A stretch of 64,000 nucleotides of DNA, taken from contig JANYEL010000168.1 of assembly GCA_025363155.1 (NCBI GenBank), forward strand, positions 13,111 through 77,110, in the 5' to 3' direction. Source of the DNA: Moraxellaceae bacterium. GTDB lineage: Bacteria; Pseudomonadota; Gammaproteobacteria; Pseudomonadales; Moraxellaceae. Below are positions 10,115-19,841 of this stretch, in pieces; positions within the stretch are counted from its first letter, which is position 1, and the number at the start of each line of letters is the position of its first letter. The translations under genes and the position numbers were made by a program. The notes under the pieces are model-generated. The model saw only the letters and a program-made list of their open reading frames with translations, was not told the DNA's origin and made no database searches.

Positions 10115-10374
10115 AGATCAGCTCGGAATAAGAGAGGTTATAGTAGTGTTAAAGCATTAGCCTGTCTGGATAAGCATATCGATGTGAAACTGAGCTTGAC
10201 GGAACACTTACGTATAATTGACAATTCATGTTGTCCATTATACGTGATCACATTGCTCTGTCCACTGATCTGTTGGCAGCTTCATTGAGCTAGTATTGGG
10301 AAGTTGTTTTCATCCTTGACCCAATACTTAACGATCATCTAAATGCATTAGAAAAACTAAAAGGAAAGCCTCAT

Positions 10375-11550
10375 ATGAAATCGGTACTCTGTCAAAACGC
10401 TGAACTTCGTGTAGCGGATCGCCCTACACTAATCCCCACCAAAGGACACGTCCTTCTCGAAGTCGTTCGCTGCGGAATCTGTGGTTCAGACCTACACATG
10501 CAAAATCACTGTGACCATATGCATAATCTGGCTGCGCGGGTTGGTTTTAATGGGGTTGCACAATCTACTGATACCTTTGTGATGGGGCATGAGTTCTGTG
10601 GCAAAGTGCTGGATTATGGCCCTAAAACGCGTCGCAAGCTAAAGCAGGATACCCTGGTTTGTGCCATGCCATTGCTGAAAGTAGACACGTTGGGTTATCA
10701 ACCCACTGGATTGTCGCCAAACGCGGCGGGTGGTTATGCGGAGCAAGTATTAGCGCAGTCCAGTTTAATCTTTGAAGTACCGAATGGTTTGGATGCTGAT
10801 AGCGCGGCCTTGACTGAGCCAATGGCTGTCGCTTTGCACGCGGTAAGACGCAGCCGTATTAAAAAAGGCGAACCAGCCATCGTGATTGGTTGTGGCCCTG
10901 TGGGCTTAGGCGTGATTATTATGCTCAAAGCAGCGGGTGTAAAAAAGGTCGTTGCCAGCGATTTTTCACCGAATCGTCGCAAGCTGGCTGAGCAATGTGG
11001 TGCAGACAGAGTCATCGATCCTAAAGAACAATCACCCTTTAGCAGCTGGAAAGAGCTTGGCTTGCTGGGTAATGTTTCTGATGCCATTAATATGGGTATG
11101 GGTATTTTTGACAAGGTTCAGTCGATGTCGTTACCGTGGGTGCATGCCATGCGTGTGGGTGACAAGCTGGGTGTGTTGCCTAAACGCCCAGTGATTTTTG
11201 AGTGCGTAGGCGTGCCAGGTATCATGCAGCAGATTCTGGAAGGTGCGCCGTTATTCTCACGCATTGTCGGAGTAGGCGTGTGTATGCAAAGCGATAAAAT
11301 TGAGCCTGCGCTGGCGATCAACAAAGAGTTGGAAATCCAGTATGTGTTAGGTTATACGCCGCTTGAGTTCCGTGATACTTTACATATGATTGCGGAAGGA
11401 AAAGTAAACTGCACGCCGTTGATTACGGGTGTTGTTGGTTTGGAAGGTGTAGCGAATGCTTTTCAAGCATTACGTGATCCAGAGCAGCACGCAAAAATCC
11501 TGATTGATCCTAAACGTGCAGGTTCAACGATTGAGTTGGTTAAGCATTAA
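10375..11550 (+). CDS. Zinc-dependent medium-chain alcohol dehydrogenase
   Basis: CGICGSDLH, GHE and GCGPVG motifs. Confidence 0.9.
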   Translation: MKSVLCQNAELRVADRPTLIPTKGHVLLEVVRCGICGSDLHMQNHCDHMHNLAARVGFNGVAQSTDTFVMGHEFCGKVLDYGPKTRRKLKQDTLVCAMPLLKVDTLGYQPTGLSPNAAGGYAEQVLAQSSLIFEVPNGLDADSAALTEPMAVALHAVRRSRIKKGEPAIVIGCGPVGLGVIIMLKAAGVKKVVASDFSPNRRKLAEQCGADRVIDPKEQSPFSSWKELGLLGNVSDAINMGMGIFDKVQSMSLPWVHAMRVGDKLGVLPKRPVIFECVGVPGIMQQILEGAPLFSRIVGVGVCMQSDKIEPALAINKELEIQYVLGYTPLEFRDTLHMIAEGKVNCTPLITGVVGLEGVANAFQALRDPEQHAKILIDPKRAGSTIELVKH

Positions 11551-11605
11551 AATGCGCAATGACGGATGAAGCTTAAGTGCTGATTCCGCTCAGTACATCA
11601 ATCAA

Positions 11606-11638
11606 CGTAAGGTGTAATAAGCCAAAGCGCATTGCACC
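11606..11638 (+). repeat. REP-like hairpin (GGTGYAATAAGCCAA...TTGCACC family)
   Basis: Imperfect palindrome; related copy at 14032-14068. Confidence 0.6.
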
Positions 11639-11700
11639 AAACTTATCTAATCATCGTTATCTGACGTTGACTCATAAACTAACTGAGCCGCTCAAGCTCT

Positions 11701-11861
11701 AACGCCAGCTATTGACTAACATTGTCATTGAGCAGAGTGCTGATTTCCAGCAACGGATGATTGCAGCGCAATTTAAGCAACTGTTAACGGCTAAATCTGA
11801 ACTCTCGGCGACATGGAAACCTTTAGCCGATGAACGGCAGTTGGGGTATTTGTTTGGTTAG
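11701..11861 (+). pseudogene. Remnant of the 3' end of a paralog of the 3136-4305 gene
   Basis: Translates RQLLTNIVIEQSADFQQRMIAA-QFKQLLTAKSELSATWKPLADERQLGYLFG*, aligning with the C-terminus of 3136-4305 with a 27-codon deletion; preceded by an in-frame TAA and lacks a start. Confidence 0.85.
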
Positions 11862-11868
11862 GTAATAT

Positions 11869-11892
11869 AAAAAAGGAGGCACTTCGGCCTCC
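11869..11892 (-). terminator. Rho-independent terminator of the lipase gene
   Basis: ggaggc-acttcg-gcctcc hairpin with a T6 tail on the minus strand. Confidence 0.7.
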
Positions 11893-11936
11893 TATAAAAA
11901 TAACGACTAATGACTTATGTAAAGCCCAGCAGCTGC

Positions 11937-12923
11937 TTACAAGCCTGCTAGTTTCAAGCGGTTAGCCTGTTGGCGGAATAATGTAACTGGACTGGCTCCA
12001 AAGACATTAACCATACCGAGAACCTGATTAACTTCATCAAAATGGTTTTGGTTATAGTTATCGCGAATAACCTGACCGATGTGGCTGGTGCATTTCGACA
12101 CTAGACCATCACCTTCACTAGGACCTACGAGTCCAGTAGCTGTCAATATGGCATCAGAAGGATCAAACAATGTTGTGACTTTGCCCGTACCACCCCAAGA
12201 ATAGAAGCGTTGGCCATTAACCACAGATGAACCTTGACCACATTCCGTCGTCGGCAGACCCGCTGGGAACTGCGCATTAAATTTTGCCATGCCTACTGTA
12301 GAAATCTGATCCAACCCTGCTTGACTACTCTGATCATACCAATGCCCAGAACCAACGCCCACGAGCGTAAAGAACGCATTGATTCCTGCCGTAATGACGG
12401 GTGCGAACACACTACCAACTGGGCTTTTCTCCAAAGTAAGAATGGCATCCGCGATTGGAACACCTTTATTGAGACCGCCCACAGTGGTCACTGAAGCGAC
12501 TTGACTAGGGAGCATCCCTGCAACATAACGGACATCTATCGAACCTTGACTATGACCGATTAGATTGACCTTGGGCGCACCCGTAATCGCCAAAATTTGC
12601 TTGGTTTGTTGGAGCAGCTGCTCACCGCGTATATAGGATGAGTCAAACGAGGCAACCTGTGTCTGAAAAACTGTGGCGCCATTCTGCGTCAGGTCTGAAC
12701 CCACGCCATAAAAATAATCGATACCCGCGATCGAACTAAAGCCGCCCATACCATGCGCAAGAATCAATGGATACTTCGTATCGGCGTAGTTGGAGAGTAC
12801 CCACGTGCTACCACCGACTCGACAACCTGACGTCGAACAATTTTGGTAGTTAGCAGCCATGGCTGCACTCGATAGGAGTAGCCCACTGGTGAGCAAAATT
12901 GTACTATTGATCAGTTTCATCAT
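11937..12923 (-). CDS. Secreted triacylglycerol lipase (family I type)
   Basis: Signal peptide ending AAMA; YPLILAHG, GHSQG, DGLV and NHFDEVNQ motifs. Confidence 0.92.
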   Translation of the reverse strand: MMKLINSTILLTSGLLLSSAAMAANYQNCSTSGCRVGGSTWVLSNYADTKYPLILAHGMGGFSSIAGIDYFYGVGSDLTQNGATVFQTQVASFDSSYIRGEQLLQQTKQILAITGAPKVNLIGHSQGSIDVRYVAGMLPSQVASVTTVGGLNKGVPIADAILTLEKSPVGSVFAPVITAGINAFFTLVGVGSGHWYDQSSQAGLDQISTVGMAKFNAQFPAGLPTTECGQGSSVVNGQRFYSWGGTGKVTTLFDPSDAILTATGLVGPSEGDGLVSKCTSHIGQVIRDNYNQNHFDEVNQVLGMVNVFGASPVTLFRQQANRLKLAGL

Positions 12924-13090
12924 ATGTCCCTTTTAGTCTGTAAAATCAATGTAGTTATTGATCATCGATACCCAAGATCACGGATAGATGTCTTCCCTGA
13001 CTGATCGACTGGAGCAATATTCACACAGACTAAAATTCAACACTGACGGAGATCCGACAATTAGCGCATTATTTCATCGAATTTTTGACC

Positions 13091-13240
13091 CAATTTAAAA
13101 TCGAGAATCCAAACCAAACAGGTGATGATCACCGACGTCTGGACGAATGAAGGCTGGCTGTATCTAGCAGGAGTCAAAGATGGTATAGCAAAGAGATTGC
13201 GAGGAAATTTTAAAAATGAGCTGAATCATCAAACTCATGA
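13091..13240 (+). pseudogene. Degraded IS3-family transposase (integrase core) fragment
   Basis: QFKIENPNQ, then frameshifted ITDVWTNEGWLYLAGVKD, then FKNEL; most of the domain is deleted. Confidence 0.7.
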
Positions 13241-13330
13241 TGATTTTTTAGAGAATAATTTAACATGGCTTTGTCGTGGCCGATACCATTCGATATCGAT
13301 ATGAATTAGGTGATAGACCTACATAACACT

Positions 13331-13972
13331 CTATCCCAGCAGTGCCAGCTCTACCAACAACCGATCCAAAAACAACGTTTTTACTTCTGGCAGCACTTGC
13401 GTAGCGGGATAACAAGTCACGATCTTAAAGTGATCGACACCCGCCTCAAGCGGATAGGTGATATTTTCTAGATAGGTATCTGGTGACACAGCCCGCGCCA
13501 GATTCGCTGACGGTAGTAGATCAGTACCCAAAATATCCTTGGGCGCATAATAATTAAAATAACGCTTAATCCCTGCAGGAATGCGTCGCATATTAAAGCC
13601 CCATTGCCCGAAGTAAAAACGCCCCAATCCACCTGCCGCGAGCGACATCACTAAGTCCGTCTCAATATCGCGTTTGGACAACAGCTTAGCAACTTTCAAC
13701 ACCTGACTGCCGCCTTGACTATATCCAATCAGCACGATCGGCCGACCCGCGTTTGCAGCCTGTGCCAGATCATCGGCGATGCGCGAGGGCTTCAGGTGAT
13801 TGCTATACAACGATGTATCAGCATACCCCGCCGCACGCAAAAACGTCAACAAATGCCGTTCCATATGCTTGCCCGCTGCCAACCCATGGATTAGTGCAAT
13901 ACGTGGACTGGGTGCAGTCGCGGAAACTTGGGCGTGCCAAGGAATGGATGCGTGGGGCATTGATAGGCTCAA
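13331..13972 (-). CDS. Small alpha/beta hydrolase (GYSQG), copy B
   Basis: Colinear and highly similar to 9485-10114 (GKHMERHLL, GYADTSLYSNH, GYSQGGSQVLKVAKLLS). Confidence 0.8.
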   Translation of the reverse strand: MSLSMPHASIPWHAQVSATAPSPRIALIHGLAAGKHMERHLLTFLRAAGYADTSLYSNHLKPSRIADDLAQAANAGRPIVLIGYSQGGSQVLKVAKLLSKRDIETDLVMSLAAGGLGRFYFGQWGFNMRRIPAGIKRYFNYYAPKDILGTDLLPSANLARAVSPDTYLENITYPLEAGVDHFKIVTCYPATQVLPEVKTLFLDRLLVELALLG

Positions 13973-14031
13973 GATTCTTGTGAGGGGGCTAATATAACGG
14001 AAAAAATATTCTAACGTATTTTTTTAGCAAA

Positions 14032-14068
14032 CGTGAGGTGCAATAAGCCAATGCACTTTGCACCTCAC
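14032..14068 (+). repeat. REP-like hairpin (same family as 11606-11638)
   Basis: gtgaggtgcaa...ttgcacctcac stem just after the ABC transporter stop. Confidence 0.6.
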
Positions 14069-14072
14069 TCAA

Positions 14073-15935
14073 TCACGTTCGAATGGACTCAGTAATACCC
14101 TCGCCATCCCCTTCTTCCACCAAGAACCCACCACTCTGATGCTCCCAAAGTCTTGCATACAGACCATTCATTTCCAGCAACTCAGAATGCGTTCCCTGCT
14201 CTACGATCTTGCCTTGATCCATCACAATCAAACGATCCATCGCCATGATGGTAGAAAGACGATGGGCAATGGCAATCACGGTTTTACCACGCATGAGTTG
14301 GTAGAGACTATGCTGAATCGCGGCTTCAACTTCGGAATCGAGTGCACTAGTCGCTTCATCGAGTAACAGAATCGGCGCATCTTTCAGCATGACGCGAGCA
14401 ATGGCAATCCGCTGACGCTGACCGCCTGAAAGCTTCACACCGCGCTCACCGACATGCGCATCGTAGCCCTTGCGACCACTCGGGTCGGCAAGATGAGCAA
14501 TAAACTCATCCGCCTCAGCTTGCTCAGCGGCGTCAATCATGTCTTGTTCGGAGGCATCGGGACGACCATAGAGAATATTATCACGCACCGAACGATGGAG
14601 CAGCGAAGTATCTTGAGTAACCATCCCAATTTGCGCGCGTAAACTTTCCTGCGTCACTTGGCGAATGTCCTGCCCGTCAATCAGAATACGCCCCGCCTGC
14701 GGCTGATAAAAATGCAGCAGCAGATTGATCAAGGTGGATTTTCCCGCGCCTGAGCGTCCGACCAACCCGACCTTCTCTCCTGCACGGATGGTGAGATTTA
14801 AACGATCCAGAATCGGTTGATCTGCATGATAGGCAAAGTTGACCTGATCAAACTGAATTTGGCTATGTTGAATTTTGAGTGGTTTGGCATCTGCCACATC
14901 TTCAATGAGATGCGGTTTAGTCAAGGTGGTAATACCGTCTTGCACCGTGCCGATATTTTCAAACAGCGAGGACATTTCCCACATAATCCAATGCGCCATG
15001 CCATTCAAACGTAACGCCATCGCCGTTGCCGCCGCGACCGCACCAATGCCCAATAAGCTTTGCGTCCACAACCACAGCGCAACGCCTGCCGTGGATACGA
15101 TCAGCAGCATATTCAGCGCGTGATTGACGATCTCAAATCCCGTAGCAAGGCGCATTTGACCGTGGACAGTGGTCAAAAATTGCTGCATCGCGTCCTTGGC
15201 ATAACTCGCCTCACGACCTGCGTGGGAAAACAACTTGACGGTTTGAATGTTGGTATAGGCATCGGTCACGCGACCCACCATGATCGAACGCGCATCGGCT
15301 TGGCGTTTTGCCACGCGCCCCAACCGCGGAATGAAGTAAATCAGCGTTCCTACATAAAACACCAACCACACCAAAAACGGCACCAACATCCACAGGTCAA
15401 ACGACCCCATGACCAACGTCAGCGTGACAAAGTAAACGATAATAAAAGCGAAAATATCCGCCATCACCATCCACACATCACGCACCGCCAGCGAGGTTTG
15501 CATAACTTTGGTGGCAATACGTCCCGCGAAATCGTCACTAAAGAAACTGATACTTTGACTGAGCATCAGCCGATGAAAGTTCCAGCGCAAGCGCATTGGG
15601 AAATTGCCCAGTAACGCCTGATGCTTGATTAAGGATTGCAGCGAGACTAACAGCACACTACCAAGGATAATCGTACCCAACCAAACCAGATTATGACCTT
15701 CCTTGACCCAGAGTAGTTTCGGCTCGACATGGCTTAGCCAGTCGACCATCTTGCCCATCATGGCAAACAGCAGCGCTTCAAACACACCAATGATCGCAGT
15801 AAGTAGCCCCATGCTTAGCATTAGGGTGCGGCTACCAACGGTGGCCCGCCAAATAAAGGCCAATAACGTTTTGGGCAGGGGTTTGTTGGGTTGCTCGGGG
15901 TATGGATCAATGCGGCTTTCAAACCAACGCAACAT
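14073..15935 (-). CDS. ABC exporter, fused permease/ATP-binding protein (multidrug type)
   Basis: N-terminal TM domain; GRSGAGKST, LSGGQRQR and LLLDEATSALD motifs. Confidence 0.93.
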   Translation of the reverse strand: MLRWFESRIDPYPEQPNKPLPKTLLAFIWRATVGSRTLMLSMGLLTAIIGVFEALLFAMMGKMVDWLSHVEPKLLWVKEGHNLVWLGTIILGSVLLVSLQSLIKHQALLGNFPMRLRWNFHRLMLSQSISFFSDDFAGRIATKVMQTSLAVRDVWMVMADIFAFIIVYFVTLTLVMGSFDLWMLVPFLVWLVFYVGTLIYFIPRLGRVAKRQADARSIMVGRVTDAYTNIQTVKLFSHAGREASYAKDAMQQFLTTVHGQMRLATGFEIVNHALNMLLIVSTAGVALWLWTQSLLGIGAVAAATAMALRLNGMAHWIMWEMSSLFENIGTVQDGITTLTKPHLIEDVADAKPLKIQHSQIQFDQVNFAYHADQPILDRLNLTIRAGEKVGLVGRSGAGKSTLINLLLHFYQPQAGRILIDGQDIRQVTQESLRAQIGMVTQDTSLLHRSVRDNILYGRPDASEQDMIDAAEQAEADEFIAHLADPSGRKGYDAHVGERGVKLSGGQRQRIAIARVMLKDAPILLLDEATSALDSEVEAAIQHSLYQLMRGKTVIAIAHRLSTIMAMDRLIVMDQGKIVEQGTHSELLEMNGLYARLWEHQSGGFLVEEGDGEGITESIRT

Positions 15936-16096
15936 AACGGTTCAATCTGTATAGGAGTTATGGTTTAAATCTTATTACAAAATTAGCGTTATAACGGTAT
16001 CAATTTAGATAGAATTTTCTTGTATGTGTATGCTTTTTCTTAGACGTCAGTGTGGATTTGATTTTTTGATCAGCCAACTTAAGACCCTTTAGTTTT

Positions 16097-16546
16097 TTAT
16101 TGCGCTTCTCCAAGAAACGGCAGCATGTCATGTGCCGTCAAGGCTTCACCGCATTCAGAACACGCCATGGTCGGTTGCGTTTTCTTGCCGCACGACTTGT
16201 GAACGTATTCTAGCTTGGCAAAACTGCCATCATTCATCCAACTGTTGCCCCAATTGGTGAAGGCCAGAATGATTGGATAGAGCGCAAGACCGCGTTCAGT
16301 TAAGCGATATTCGTAACGTTTTGGCGAATCTTGATACAAGACTTTATCAAATATCTGGTTTTCCACCAGTCGTGTTAAACGCTCCGCTAAAAGATGGCGG
16401 GTGATGCCTAACTGCTTTTGAAAGTCATCAAAACGTCGGGTTCGTAAAAAAGAATTGCGAATGATCAGTAATGTCCACCGATCACCAAAGATGGATAGGC
16501 TGCGCGCTATAGGGCAGTTCAACTCTCCCAATTCTTGCCATTTCAC
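16097..16546 (-). CDS. HxlR-family winged-helix transcriptional regulator
   Basis: CPIARSLSIFGDRWTLLIIR...RYEYRLTERG; C-terminal HxxC/CxxC; divergent from the 16750 operon. Confidence 0.9.
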   Translation of the reverse strand: MKWQELGELNCPIARSLSIFGDRWTLLIIRNSFLRTRRFDDFQKQLGITRHLLAERLTRLVENQIFDKVLYQDSPKRYEYRLTERGLALYPIILAFTNWGNSWMNDGSFAKLEYVHKSCGKKTQPTMACSECGEALTAHDMLPFLGEAQ

Positions 16547-16653
16547 GACGATACCCTCGATTTTTTGATGGTTTATTCCGACTTAAATCACTCATTCCAC
16601 ATCATTTTGGTACTTTTGTACCCTCTAGTTCAGATGCAGTCTGACGATTTTTG

Positions 16654-16714
16654 TTGACAACTTATCATAACACATCTAATCTTTAAAATATAAGTTCCTT
16701 TTTAGAACTTATAT
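16654..16714 (+). promoter_or_regulatory. Sigma70 promoter with overlapping palindromic operator
   Basis: TTGACA (16654) -17 bp- TAATCT (16677); perfect inverted repeat ATATAAGTTC-N7-GAACTTATAT at 16688-16714. Confidence 0.65.
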
Positions 16715-16749
16715 ATCTAACAAATGATTGACTCTAGTGAGTATGTGCG

Positions 16750-17619
16750 ATGAATATTGCAGTCAACGATTTAAAGCCTTCATTTCCAGTTCGTCGTATG
16801 GATTATGTCTTCGAAAATACCGAGCGTTATTGGATGGCGAACGATCCGATCGCGACGCATTACTTCACCTCACTTTCATTACTTTTTCCTGAAGGCGAAA
16901 AGTACTTTGTAGAATCCGTTCGTGCAGTTCGTGATCTGGTGAAAAATAATCCGCAGCTTGAAAAAGACATCGGTGCATTCATTGGGCAAGAGGCGATGCA
17001 TTCCAAAGAACATCACGCCTTCCATGCAACGGCTCGCAAATACAATCTCGATCCAGATTCATTAGAAAAAAATGTAGGCGTGATTTTGCGTAAATATTTC
17101 ACGTTCGGTAATCCTAAGCTGAATCTGGCAATTACAGCTGGCTTAGAGCATTTTACAGCGGTGATCGTCGTGGAAATGATGGCAAAGATTTCACATGAAA
17201 TGACGGATGATACGATTCGACATTTATGGTTATGGCATAGCATTGAAGAAACTGAACATAAAGCTGTGGCGTTCGATGTCTATCAGGAAATCTATGGCTC
17301 GGGTGTGAGTGCATATCTGCCGCGTGTCGCGATGTTTAGCTTAGGTGTTGCAATGTTGTTTACAGTGCAAACGGATATGATGATTCGATTGATCGCGCGC
17401 GATAAACAGCTTGGGAACTTGAAGTCTTGGGCGAAATTTATGGGTACGATTGGCCTTGGTCTGCCCGCATTGACTCCTCAATTTTTAAAATATTTTCATC
17501 CAAAATTTCATCCAAATGACACCGATGAAAGTCAGTTGGTCGCCGAAACAAAAGTACGGATTGGATTGGCTGATGCGCTCACGACAATCGCCTCACGCTC
17601 CACTGCATTACCCGCATAA
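16750..17619 (+). CDS. 'Metal-dependent hydrolase' (PF10118-like, ferritin-like), paralog 2
   Basis: FPEGEKYF, QEAMH, LEHFT, WHSIEETEHK and FHP motifs. Confidence 0.88.
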   Translation: MNIAVNDLKPSFPVRRMDYVFENTERYWMANDPIATHYFTSLSLLFPEGEKYFVESVRAVRDLVKNNPQLEKDIGAFIGQEAMHSKEHHAFHATARKYNLDPDSLEKNVGVILRKYFTFGNPKLNLAITAGLEHFTAVIVVEMMAKISHEMTDDTIRHLWLWHSIEETEHKAVAFDVYQEIYGSGVSAYLPRVAMFSLGVAMLFTVQTDMMIRLIARDKQLGNLKSWAKFMGTIGLGLPALTPQFLKYFHPKFHPNDTDESQLVAETKVRIGLADALTTIASRSTALPA

Positions 17620-17681
17620 TACACTGATAAAATTATATTTTTAGTAAAATTTCGCACTCATTAAATACAGGAAACAAGGAA

Positions 17682-18113
17682 ATGAATATCAAAGAAATGA
17701 CGGGTCTCGAAATGATGCAGGCTTTTGCTCAAGGTCTTTTTCCCAGACCACCTATTTCCGAAACTGTTCCGATGGATGTCATTAGCGTCGAGCAAGGTCG
17801 AGTGGTCTTTCACGCCACGGCCAACAAAAGCCACACCAACCCTCTCGGCGGCGTACATGGCGGCTTTGCGGCGACTGTGCTCGATTCGGTCACAGGTTGC
17901 TCCGCACATACCACGCTAGCGGCGGGTGAAGGCTATGGCACGATTGATCTGAATGTCAAAATGTGTCGCCCGATACCATTTGATAAGACACTCATTGCCG
18001 AAGGAAAAGTGATTAACGTTGGACGAAATCTGGTGATTTCTGAAGGTTATATCCGTGATGAAAACGATAAGATTTATGCCTTTGCAACTGCGACCAATAT
18101 GATTATTCGTTAA
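17682..18113 (+). CDS. PaaI-family hotdog thioesterase
   Basis: NPLGGVHGGFAATVLDS motif. Confidence 0.9.
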   Translation: MNIKEMTGLEMMQAFAQGLFPRPPISETVPMDVISVEQGRVVFHATANKSHTNPLGGVHGGFAATVLDSVTGCSAHTTLAAGEGYGTIDLNVKMCRPIPFDKTLIAEGKVINVGRNLVISEGYIRDENDKIYAFATATNMIIR

Positions 18114-18168
18114 AACACAAACATTTCGATTGATGTATTTTTCTTGACCTCAGCTGTGCCTGATTGAG

Positions 18169-19812
18169 ATGCATTTTTTCAATCAGGTCATGTCGTACAC
18201 CCCGTTTATCCAACATCCATCAACATCGAGGACTGTAGCGATGCCTACAAATTCCCCAACGACCCCATCAAATACGAGTCTGCTCAATTATTTTGGGCGC
18301 TGGACTGCATTGCTCTACATCCTCACGATTGCTGTCGTGATGGGTTATACCGGCTGGATTTCATTTTATGAAGCCAGTACGCGTTATATGCTGCCGTTTG
18401 TTGATGAGCATGCTGTAGTACATATGCAACAAAATGCGCTGATGACGCGAGCAAATCCAACATTGGAAAATATGAGTCAAATCAGTCATGAGTTGACGGT
18501 TTTATCTCGTCTGACGTCAGCTGAACACTTTAGCCAATCTAAGTTGTTTGAGCATGGTTTGTATTATTTAAATATGCCGATGTTAAATAAAATCATGCTA
18601 TTGGTGCATATCTATTTAGCGACGTTTTGCATGTTGTTTGGCGCGTTTCAGTTTTGGCCTCAGTTTAGAAAGCGCTTTATGAAACTGCATCGAAAAATTG
18701 GCATGTTGTATATCGTGACAGCGCCGCTGTCGGTGGCCGCTTCTTTATTTTATATGGTCATTACTGCTCCCCATAATATCTATGACCATTTTACGGGCTA
18801 CGTTGCGTTATGGCTGTTCGGGTTGTTGTCCATATTTTCGATTGTGAGAGCCATGGTTGCGCTGAAAAATAAACGGATCTACGAACATCAAGCGTATATG
18901 GCGTTGTCGTTCGGTTGTTTATTACTGGCACCGATGTTGCGCTGGAATTGGGTCATTCTCGCGTGGATTTTTCCGCATATCGATCAAGAAACATTAAATC
19001 TGGTAACGCTGGAATTCATGGTTTCTGAGGTGCTCTTGATTGCATACGGATTGATGTTAATTAACCGTCAATACGTTCGTCCGATGCGCCAACGTGTACC
19101 ACAACCGATTGCGGTGATGACCAGTCAATTATTCATTCGCTATAGCCCCGTATTTTACGCCTTGGCAGTCGGGATATTGGGGCTGAATATCGTCCATTAT
19201 GTGATGGGCAATGGCATCGCCAGCATGGATGTTGCTCATCAACTGGTACCTCTGTCGGTCATTCAACATGAAGGCAGCGTGATGCAAGCCAATGAGATGA
19301 CTCGCACAATATTTGGTTTGAGTGTGAGCCTCGCCCTGTTTCTAGCGCTTTATTTATTTAAAAATCTACTGGTCACTCCGCCCAAAGCAGTAAGCCTGCC
19401 GACTCAGAATTTTGCCATGATTGTATTCGTTGCGCTGACAGTGGTCGCTGCGCTGAGTTCAATTCAATTGGGTTGGGACATTGGGGTTGCGCCACATTTA
19501 ATCTGGCTATCAGGGGGTGCAATGTACACCGTCGTTGGGTTTTTATTGCTCGGATTTATTATTTTTTTTGCACTGAGCCATGTGTCCAAACAATACGCAT
19601 TGGCCAAAGAAAGTCTCGTATTTTTGTTCTGCTTACTCCCCTTTACGGCACTGTTCTATCTCAATTTATGGGTGATCCAATGGTTACCCCTTCCACAAAG
19701 TTATCTGGATGCTGGGCAGGCGCATGAGTTAGCGACTGGAGCAAGCAGTATCTTGTTGGTCGCTGCCATGTTTTATGTCATCTACGGTCAAGCCACCCGC
19801 GAACACGCTTAA
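18169..19812 (+). CDS. Polytopic membrane protein with a DUF2306-like His-containing domain
   Basis: Many TM segments; LVHI..QF, LHRKIG and EHQAYM pattern; true start may be ATG 18241 (GAGG upstream). Confidence 0.7.
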   Translation: MHFFNQVMSYTPFIQHPSTSRTVAMPTNSPTTPSNTSLLNYFGRWTALLYILTIAVVMGYTGWISFYEASTRYMLPFVDEHAVVHMQQNALMTRANPTLENMSQISHELTVLSRLTSAEHFSQSKLFEHGLYYLNMPMLNKIMLLVHIYLATFCMLFGAFQFWPQFRKRFMKLHRKIGMLYIVTAPLSVAASLFYMVITAPHNIYDHFTGYVALWLFGLLSIFSIVRAMVALKNKRIYEHQAYMALSFGCLLLAPMLRWNWVILAWIFPHIDQETLNLVTLEFMVSEVLLIAYGLMLINRQYVRPMRQRVPQPIAVMTSQLFIRYSPVFYALAVGILGLNIVHYVMGNGIASMDVAHQLVPLSVIQHEGSVMQANEMTRTIFGLSVSLALFLALYLFKNLLVTPPKAVSLPTQNFAMIVFVALTVVAALSSIQLGWDIGVAPHLIWLSGGAMYTVVGFLLLGFIIFFALSHVSKQYALAKESLVFLFCLLPFTALFYLNLWVIQWLPLPQSYLDAGQAHELATGASSILLVAAMFYVIYGQATREHA

Positions 19813-19841
19813 CAATCCTCTTTATTTGTGAGTAAACAGCC

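Noticed and set aside
13122-13304. 60-aa ORF as a functional small protein
   Set aside because: It is a frameshifted, internally deleted IS3 transposase fragment
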